NCBI GenBank assembly: GCA_041641305.1
Contig: JBEPYN010000002.1
Location: 96,001-160,000, forward strand
Length of the DNA: 64,000 bases
Origin: Nitrososphaerota archaeon
GTDB lineage: Archaea > Thermoproteota > Nitrososphaeria_A > Caldarchaeales > Caldarchaeaceae
Direction: 5' to 3'
Made by a program: the position numbers and the translations under genes. Shown one piece after another: positions 8,749 to 15,555 of the stretch. The notes under the pieces were generated by a model. The model saw only the letters and a list, made by a program, of their open reading frames with translations, was not told where the DNA came from and did no database searches. Within the stretch, counting starts at the first letter, position 1. Every line of letters starts with the position of its first letter.

Positions 8749-9546
8749 ATGACCATAGTAATAGGTTTGAGATGGCAGTATAGGGACTCTGACGCGATAT
8801 TAATCACCTCCGACTCCAAGGTCACTACTTCTCTTGGCATAACTTATGAGATGAGGAAGGTTTACCCGATTTTGTTTAATGATGAAAGGCCTGTGGCTGT
8901 TGTTGGGGTTGCTGGCGATGCTCCTTTGGCTAAATACGGAGTGGAAGTAGTTGAGGATGTCTTACTAGGCTATGCTGAGGAGGGACTACCGCTGGAATAT
9001 GGCAAGTTCAGGTTAGCAGTCAGGGAGGTTGAGCGCCGGCTTATTCGTCACTTCAGCGAGCTCAGAACTCACGGTATTGACCCAAGCTTCCAGATGCTGC
9101 TAGGCGCCGTGGACCTGAAAGGGAAAGGTTCTCTCTATCTGTTCGACAGCAGGGGACTCTCCGAACCCGTACACGATAACCCGGGCTACGGTATCATAGG
9201 TTCGGGGATGATTACTGGAGGGATTCTGCTGCTTAGGATGATAGGTTTTGAACCTGGGCTAGAGCTAGGACTGCTCTCCGCATTCATAATAGACTCGGTT
9301 AGCGAGGTTGATTCATCGGTTGGCCGGTTCATAGGAGACAGCTACCTAATGAGGTTGGAGACTGAGAACAACGAGAGAAAAATAGTGCTGGGGCCGTTAA
9401 AGGAAGAGGCGCTTATAAAATACAAGGAACAAATACGTGCGAGGAGAGACATAATAGGGAGGATATGGCGGTTATGCGACGAGCTAGGAGAAGAAAAAAT
9501 AACAGAGGTTATCAACAATGTTGAAAAACATAAACATTCATACTAG
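8749..9546 (+). CDS. Divergent proteasome beta-subunit-like Ntn hydrolase without propeptide
   Basis: M-TIVIG (Thr1), ITSDSKVT (Asp17 equivalent), RKVYPI (Lys33 equivalent), GVAGD, MLLGAVD, LYLFDSRG, IIGSG, EVDSSVG; start reassigned from 8719 to ATG 8749. Confidence 0.8.
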   Translation: MTIVIGLRWQYRDSDAILITSDSKVTTSLGITYEMRKVYPILFNDERPVAVVGVAGDAPLAKYGVEVVEDVLLGYAEEGLPLEYGKFRLAVREVERRLIRHFSELRTHGIDPSFQMLLGAVDLKGKGSLYLFDSRGLSEPVHDNPGYGIIGSGMITGGILLLRMIGFEPGLELGLLSAFIIDSVSEVDSSVGRFIGDSYLMRLETENNERKIVLGPLKEEALIKYKEQIRARRDIIGRIWRLCDELGEEKITEVINNVEKHKHSY

Positions 9547-9560
9547 GTGAAAAGAATAGC

Positions 9561-9932
9561 ATGCAGGAAAGCACTCCATGGATAACTAACTACATCGAAT
9601 ATCTGGTAAATAGATACTTTGGGCCGTGTGGCTTGGCAGATGATGCTTTAAGGGAGCTCCGAAATCTTCCAAAGGGCCTCTCTCGACAGCTTGGTAATGA
9701 CGAGAATTTCTGGCGAGGGTATTTTTCTAACCCGACGAGACTGAACTTGATTGAAGGGGCCGTTAGATATGTAGGCGAAAGTGCTCGCCGACGCTCAGAA
9801 GAGCATGGCAGAAATCCGTGCTATTACCTCAACCTCGCGTTAGATAAGGAGGAGATGACAACATGGTTGGCGGGCTATCTACAAGTCTTCCTGCCGTATG
9901 AATTCTCCGAGAATAGAAATTCGTCGGAATAG
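9561..9932 (+). CDS. Hypothetical helical protein, probably co-transcribed with the Ntn hydrolase
   Basis: 123-aa ORF 14 nt downstream of the previous stop, preceded by an AGGTGA Shine-Dalgarno. Confidence 0.65.
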   Translation: MQESTPWITNYIEYLVNRYFGPCGLADDALRELRNLPKGLSRQLGNDENFWRGYFSNPTRLNLIEGAVRYVGESARRRSEEHGRNPCYYLNLALDKEEMTTWLAGYLQVFLPYEFSENRNSSE

Positions 9933-10159
9933 ACGTCTAACGCGGATTAAACATAAACTACTTTATCCATTATCGTGACATTACCGGTTAAAGGACGCGT
10001 ATACCCCGAATCACAATAAAGCATATTGTCTTCATCACGCTAAATACAAAATCTTCTTACCCATGACTTGTATAATCTTGGAATGATAGAGCTGAGGTCC
10101 CTGGTCAAGTTGCATCCTCGCACAGTATTTACAGCTTGTGAGGGAGTTGAAAACATCTC

Positions 10160-10357
10160 ATGCGTTGGCTTTATACAGGAGAGAGGCTGGGGCAGGACTT
10201 TGAAGACTGGAAAAGATTCAGGGAGGCTTTACTGGCTGAGTTAAGGTATGCTTTCGATAGCATGGTCAACCACCCGCTGAGGTACGCTAGAAAGAGGCTC
10301 AGGACCCTAGAGGACGGCCGGAAGGTGAGGATAACTCTATACAGTGTTATAGAATGA
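10160..10357 (+). pseudogene. Degenerate second copy of the 2851-3075 small protein
   Basis: GERLGQDFEDWKRFREALLAELRYAFDSMV aligns with RERLEQELEGWKKFREALLADERAAFDDMV; similarity is lost after about 45 codons. Confidence 0.6.
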
Positions 10358-10402
10358 AGGGCTGTAGCCAGCCTGCTTATTTCGGTGATACCGTCTGCAC
10401 CT

Positions 10403-11452
10403 TTATGAGGTTTTTATTAGCTCTAGTTTGGCTAGGATATTGTTTATTTTTTGCATGAGATTGGATGCTTCTAATACGTCTTCGACAGTCAGGTATGTGA
10501 TGTTTCTTCTGAAATCCTCTGACAGATCCTCTATCTCCTTCTTAAACTTATCCAACCCATCTGTGTTAGATACTATGATTATCTTCTGCACTGATTGATC
10601 CTTCTTCGCCTTCATGAGGTTCAGTATGGCTGAATCTATAGAGCCTGACTTATGAACTTCGAAGACATATTTTATAACTCCTAGGTTGCCTATCTTAGCC
10701 CGCCAGACGGCATCCACCCTAGCTCCCGTTGACACTGTCCTCTCGCTTTCGACTTCGAAACCAAGACCTGCACCGAGCTCAACAAGCTTCTCCACTATCT
10801 CGTCATGATCAAAGTCATAAACTTCTGATACACGGACCTCACCCTGCTCAGCTCCAAGCTGTATATAGTATAGGAATACGTCAACATCTAGCAAGTCTTC
10901 TCCTAAGCCCTCAGCCTTTAACTCTCTTTCTATTTGTTTAGCGATATTTAAAAACCTCTCGTACTCCTCTCCAGATATCCTATACTTGTTAACAGGTATC
11001 TCGTTACCAAGCCCTAAAACTCTGAGAGCACGTCTGCTCATCTCGTTCCATATGGCATACTCCGTCGGCCGAGCAAAACACATTATCTCTGTTGTTTGGG
11101 CAGGTCCCAAGCCCTTAACCCTCTTAAAGAACCTGTCGAACCTATCTCTAAGGCTGTCAGAACCCCATAAAAGGTCCTTAAACATCTCCCTCAAATTTCC
11201 TACGTCATTGTTCTCTAGGACCCTGTCAACAACGTATTGTTTATTAATCCAAGAGGCATTTGCCCAAAGCTCCATTACAACACGCGAGAGAACAGATACA
11301 TCGAGTTCATTTAACTTGTCAGCCGAAAATATCTCGGCATAGCGTTTACTCCTCTCCTCCCTTTCATACAACCATCTCCTCCCTTCCCCATCGATAAACT
11401 TCCTATATCCGGACAACTTTTTCTTTACTTCCTGAACAATCTCCATTTTCAC
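10403..11452 (-). CDS. Putative restriction endonuclease: N-terminal HhH-like domain plus C-terminal PD-(D/E)xK domain
   Basis: VKGLGPAQTTEIMCFARPTEYAIWN (HhH-like); HDEIVEKLVELG..LGF...RVDAVW...VFEVHKSG (catalytic D...E-x-H). Confidence 0.7.
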   Translation of the reverse strand: MKMEIVQEVKKKLSGYRKFIDGEGRRWLYEREERSKRYAEIFSADKLNELDVSVLSRVVMELWANASWINKQYVVDRVLENNDVGNLREMFKDLLWGSDSLRDRFDRFFKRVKGLGPAQTTEIMCFARPTEYAIWNEMSRRALRVLGLGNEIPVNKYRISGEEYERFLNIAKQIERELKAEGLGEDLLDVDVFLYYIQLGAEQGEVRVSEVYDFDHDEIVEKLVELGAGLGFEVESERTVSTGARVDAVWRAKIGNLGVIKYVFEVHKSGSIDSAILNLMKAKKDQSVQKIIIVSNTDGLDKFKKEIEDLSEDFRRNITYLTVEDVLEASNLMQKINNILAKLELIKTS

Positions 11453-11641
11453 TTCTCTCTGTAGCTAGACACTATATAAGTCGCTCCATTGACTTAGCAC
11501 TTCAGCTATCTCGTCCTTTTCCCATTGTAGGTCTAAAAGGGATTCGGAAATAACATCAAAAGCCATACAATGTGGAGCCCATGGTACGATGGGGTCAGCA
11601 GTCGAGGATCCGCAACATATAAAGCCTACTATAAATTGGTA

Positions 11642-11658
11642 GATAGTGTCCGGATAAG
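11642..11658 (+). repeat. IS6 terminal inverted repeat GATAGTGTCCGGATAAG
   Basis: Matches the reverse complement of 12180-12196 at 16/17 positions. Confidence 0.85.
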
Positions 11659-11687
11659 CATCTTTACCCACCTCCGTTCCTGATGGT

Positions 11688-11918
11688 TTAGTAGTACAGC
11701 GTGAAGAGGTTCAGGAACAAGTTCAGGTTCTTTATTCTCTGCTCGTAATCCCTTGCGCTCAATTTGTTGTGGAACACCATCGTCCTCTCCTTGAGGTACC
11801 TGAAGAACCTCTCTCCCCTATTCCTAATTCCGAACCTCTGGTGCTCGTACTCTAGCCCAAGCCTCTGCAACGCCCACGGATACCAAGGGCCCCTATCGAC
11901 TAAGGCTTGTTCAGACAC
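11688..11918 (-). pseudogene. IS6-family DDE transposase C-terminal fragment
   Basis: VDRGPWY..AL..LGL...RNR.ERFF..LKER. Confidence 0.85.
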
Positions 11919-12179
11919 ATCTTGAGGGCCTTCTTGAGGAAGTTTAGGGCGTTCAGGCAGCTCCTGCCTTACGAAGCCTCCGTGTACTGTGATTTGTTTA
12001 TTGGCTCTAGAGCTATGCTGAGCACCTTGGAGACCTTCCTGCAGCTTCCGCGGAACATGTAATCCAGGACAGCTAAGACCTTCACTCCACGGCTTTTTTG
12101 TTGCGCTTGAAGCAGCCCGAGATCAGGACCACTAGGTCCACACAGATTATCATCAAAGACCGGCCTTTAAATGTAGTCC

Positions 12180-12196
12180 CTTATCCGGACACTACC
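12180..12196 (-). repeat. IS6 terminal inverted repeat GGTAGTGTCCGGATAAG (minus strand)
   Basis: CTTATCCGGACACTACC on the + strand; GG terminus typical of IS6. Confidence 0.85.
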
Positions 12197-12284
12197 GGAG
12201 GATAGATATGATCCGCGGGTTTTCGAGGAGTTAAAGGAGTGAATATTTATTAATAGAACAGCAGTAAAGAGACGAGATAGGCAC

Positions 12285-12827
12285 ATGGTTGTTAAGGTGT
12301 ATCTTCCGACGCCGCTTCGCCAGTATGCCGATGGCCGGGACATGGTTGAGCTGGACGGCTCAACCGTTGGAGAGGTTCTAAACAAGCTAGTAAGCCGCTA
12401 TAACGCGCTTCAGAAGCATCTATTCAACGAAAACGGGGCAATAAGGAGCTTTGTAAACGTTTTCGTCAACAACGAGGACATCAGGTTTCTCGAAGGCGTC
12501 AACACCAAGATAAAGGACGGAGACGTCGTCTACATCATCCCCTCTATAGCTGGTGGACTGAGCATCGCGGCTCCGGCTGCCGTGGCGAGGAAACTGGGCA
12601 GAACGGTGAAGCAGCACGGCAGAATAACCGTTCCCGCGAAGCTTCTCAAAAAAGCCAAGAAAAACGAGGTAACAGTCATCATAGACGACGTCAAATACCT
12701 CTTCGAACCCGACAGATATAACCGCATCTACCTACCCCCTGCTCTCCGGGAAAAGATACTGCACATGTCATCCTTCGAGTTCACCTTGTCCGACGGCGAG
12801 CTCATCCTCAGGTTCAGAAGGTTTTAA
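12285..12827 (+). CDS. Ubiquitin-like (MoaD/ThiS/SAMP/CysO) domain with internal GG fused to a double AbrB/MraZ-like domain
   Basis: VKVYLPTPLR...TVGEVL...VNVFVNNEDIRFLEG..T.IKDGDVVYIIPSIAGG, then VKQHGRITVPAKLLK and PDRYNRIYLPPALRE. Confidence 0.85.
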   Translation: MVVKVYLPTPLRQYADGRDMVELDGSTVGEVLNKLVSRYNALQKHLFNENGAIRSFVNVFVNNEDIRFLEGVNTKIKDGDVVYIIPSIAGGLSIAAPAAVARKLGRTVKQHGRITVPAKLLKKAKKNEVTVIIDDVKYLFEPDRYNRIYLPPALREKILHMSSFEFTLSDGELILRFRRF

Positions 12828-12851
12828 GAGCAGGTAGACATAGGACTTTCC

Positions 12852-13256
12852 ATGGTTAAGTTTGTCGTAACGGTTGAGACGGAGGATGATGTAGAGGTTT
12901 CTCTCGAGGCCTCTTCTAAGGAGGAAGCTTTGGCCAACCTTGACGAGCTTCTCGCGTTGACACGCGCAGTCGCGGAGAGGCTGAAAACCAAGCCGCAGCA
13001 CAAGGCCCCGAAAAGACGTGGAAAATCCGAGGCGGTTAAAGCACTAGAGATAATCGAACAGAAACTCATACCCTCCTCCTTCTTCAGCACCGCGAGAACA
13101 ACAGCTGAAGTGAGACAAAAAATCATCGAGCAATCTGGTCTACCGTTTCAGAGCCGCAAAGTTAGCCAAGCACTGGGTATACTCTATGACAAAGGAACCT
13201 TAACACGTGTCGGGCAAAAAGGCAACTACAGATGGATACTCCCGAAATCGCCGTGA
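12852..13256 (+). CDS. Putative winged-helix DNA-binding protein
   Basis: FFSTARTTAEVRQKI...SRKVSQALGILYDKGTLTRVGQKGNYRW; 24 nt after the Ubl-AbrB gene. Confidence 0.65.
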   Translation: MVKFVVTVETEDDVEVSLEASSKEEALANLDELLALTRAVAERLKTKPQHKAPKRRGKSEAVKALEIIEQKLIPSSFFSTARTTAEVRQKIIEQSGLPFQSRKVSQALGILYDKGTLTRVGQKGNYRWILPKSP

Positions 13257-13300
13257 AGTGGATGAACCCATAAATAAAGACCAAGTAGTAAACTTCCCGG

Positions 13301-14173
13301 ATGAACGTGGCCGAGACGGTTAGGGTCTATTTTTCGCTGACGAAGCCCAATGTCTGGTGGCTTCTGGCTTTCACGGGGGCGGCGGGAATTTTCGCCGCCT
13401 CCAACGGGTTACCCGACCCCTATCTCTTCACGGTCGCTATTCTTTCAATAACTTTTGGTGTTGCTGGGACGGAGGCTGCTTCAAACTATCTTGAGATGTC
13501 GCTTGACTCTGTGATGAGGAGGACATCGAAGCGTGTTCTTCCGCGGGGGTTGATTAACCCGCCTTGGAAAGCTCTAGTGTTTGGTCTCGTTTTGATGACG
13601 ATTTCTCTCATTTTCGCTATTTTCATCAACCCTGTGACATTTTTCTTCATGGCTTCGGGGATGTTTGACTACTTGGTTGTCTATGTCATGTGGAGTAAGC
13701 GGCGGACGCCGTTGAACATTATTCTCGGAAGCTATGCGGGCGGAGCTCCTCTGATGGCGGGATACACCGCTGTGAGCTATTGGCCGACGCTGGAAGCCTT
13801 CATCCTCGCCGCCTTGATAGTTCTCTGGATTCCGCCGCATATCTGGAGCCTTGCTCTCATATACAAGGAGGACTATGCGAGAGCTCATGTGCCCATGCTC
13901 CCCGTCGTAACCTCAGAGGCCACAGCAATCCGCTGCATCTCCTCAACAACAATAATCTCAGTCCTCTTCACATTCCTCCTCTATTTCCTCTATCCAGAGA
14001 AGTATGGACTCATATATCTTGTCGCAGCCGTGGTCAGCGGGTTGATGATTGTTCTGCCAGCAACCGCGCTGATAGTTAATCCAAACCGTAAAACAGCTTA
14101 CCTACTGTTCAAAACCACGAGCCCACAGCTGTTCATCATTATGCTCGCCGTGGTACTGGACACTTTTATCTAA
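13301..14173 (+). CDS. ctaB: Protoheme IX farnesyltransferase (heme o synthase)
   Basis: LTKP, N..LE...D..MRRTSKRVLPRG, Y...SKRRTPLNI, LWIPPHIWSLA..YKEDYARAHVPMLP. Confidence 0.93.
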   Translation: MNVAETVRVYFSLTKPNVWWLLAFTGAAGIFAASNGLPDPYLFTVAILSITFGVAGTEAASNYLEMSLDSVMRRTSKRVLPRGLINPPWKALVFGLVLMTISLIFAIFINPVTFFFMASGMFDYLVVYVMWSKRRTPLNIILGSYAGGAPLMAGYTAVSYWPTLEAFILAALIVLWIPPHIWSLALIYKEDYARAHVPMLPVVTSEATAIRCISSTTIISVLFTFLLYFLYPEKYGLIYLVAAVVSGLMIVLPATALIVNPNRKTAYLLFKTTSPQLFIIMLAVVLDTFI

Positions 14174-15495
14174 CCAGGTTTAATCCACTGGCCCTCGGCA
14201 GATCCGCTGGGCTCTCCGTCGACTGCCACTATTTTTCCGCGTAGTATTGTGTAGCGGTGTTTGGCGAGGATTTCTCTGCCGTCGAAGGGTGTGAAACGGT
14301 GTTTGCTGTGCAGTTTGTCTGCCTGTATCTTCGAGGGTGTCCGTGGGTCGAAGATGGCGAAGTCGGCGTCCGAGCCTATCAACAGCCCCCCTTTCCGCGG
14401 ATACAGTCCAAAAGTTTTCGCCGGGTTTGTTGAGAGAACTTCAGCCACTTTCTCGAGTGGGATATATCCACGTAGGGCCGTGTCAACCATCAGGGGCCCA
14501 AGCAGCTCTACGCCAAACATGCCTGCGGGGGCCTCGAAAACGTTTCTGCCTTTTTCCTCTAAGGTATGTGGAGCATGGTCAGAGCCGATGTTGGTTATCA
14601 CACCCAGCCGCAGGCCCTGTAGAAGCTTCTCCCTGTCTTCTGGGAAACGTATTGGCGGGTTTACCTTCATCAGGTTACCGAAGCGCTTGTAGTCGCCGCT
14701 GTCGAGCAATAGATACTGTGGGCATGTTTCGACAAACACGGATGGGGCCCTATTCAGGCGGAGATAGTCAACAGCCTCGCCGCTGCTGAGATGCACAATC
14801 AAGGCACGGCCCCCTGTCTTAGCTGCGTAGTAGTTGATTTTGATGACGGAGTCGACCTCACATATCGCAGGCCTCGCATATAGGTGCGACAGTGGAGAAA
14901 CAGGTTCTCGCCGTGCTTTTTGTTCATAGTGGTGGACGAGGTAACGGTTTTCGCAGTGGAAAGCTATTGTGAAGCCTTTTTCACGGGAGAGTGTGAGGGC
15001 CTCGATGATTGTTGGGTCGCTGGGCTGCTCGATGTCTCCTGTGGTGGGTCCGAGAAACGCCTTGAAGCCAACCGCCCCTGCTTCAAGCATCTCCTCCAAG
15101 TTGTTTAGGCTCTGGTCGGTCAACACACCGTATAGCCCATAATCCACCCACGACTTGCCGCGCACACGCTCCGCTTTCATTCTAAGTGTTGACGCGTCGG
15201 CTACGGGTGGAACCGTGTTGGGCATCTCGAGAACAGTCGTCACACCTCCCGCCGCTGCTGCGGCAGAGCCTGTCGAGAAATCCTCTTTCCACTCGTAGCC
15301 AGGCTCCCTGAAGTGGACATGCTCGTCAACAAAGCCTGGAAACACATACATCCCCGACGCGTCAACAACATCCACGCCACGTATGTCAAACCTCTCACCA
15401 ACCGCCGCAATCTCTCCATCCTCGACATAAATGCTGGCCCGGACAACGCCCTGTGGTGAAACTATGTATCCATCCTTGATTACGAGCTCTGACAC
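14170..15495 (-). CDS. Cyclic amidohydrolase (allantoinase/dihydroorotase family); allantoinase favoured by the adjacent xanthine dehydrogenase genes
   Basis: PGFVDEHVHFREPG, AAAAGGVTTVLEMPNT, HCEN, ETCPQYL, KVNPPIR, GSDHAPH. Confidence 0.85.
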   Translation of the reverse strand: MSELVIKDGYIVSPQGVVRASIYVEDGEIAAVGERFDIRGVDVVDASGMYVFPGFVDEHVHFREPGYEWKEDFSTGSAAAAAGGVTTVLEMPNTVPPVADASTLRMKAERVRGKSWVDYGLYGVLTDQSLNNLEEMLEAGAVGFKAFLGPTTGDIEQPSDPTIIEALTLSREKGFTIAFHCENRYLVHHYEQKARREPVSPLSHLYARPAICEVDSVIKINYYAAKTGGRALIVHLSSGEAVDYLRLNRAPSVFVETCPQYLLLDSGDYKRFGNLMKVNPPIRFPEDREKLLQGLRLGVITNIGSDHAPHTLEEKGRNVFEAPAGMFGVELLGPLMVDTALRGYIPLEKVAEVLSTNPAKTFGLYPRKGGLLIGSDADFAIFDPRTPSKIQADKLHSKHRFTPFDGREILAKHRYTILRGKIVAVDGEPSGSAEGQWIKPG

Positions 15496-15555
15496 ATGTT
15501 TTCACCGGCTGTGAAGCATTTTAACCTTAAAAAGGCGTCATAGTTCACGTGGGTT

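Larger units (their letters stand above)
11642..12196 (-). mobile_element. Non-autonomous, internally deleted IS6-family element (555 bp)
   Basis: 17-bp terminal inverted repeats (16/17 match) enclosing broken transposase fragments: [21 protein letters not shown]..., [34 protein letters not shown]...[15 protein letters not shown]. Confidence 0.85.

Noticed and set aside
11465-11671. 68-aa ORF upstream of the nuclease
   Set aside because: Its start lies inside the IS end; at most a truncated remnant with no recognisable motif.
11630-12210. Target-site duplication around the IS6 element
   Set aside because: The flanks (AATTGGTA versus GGAGGATA) do not match.
8749-12827. Proteasome-like gene and Ubl fusion as a single operon
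   Set aside because: They are separated by an opposite-strand nuclease and an IS and differ in base composition; proximity may be coincidental.
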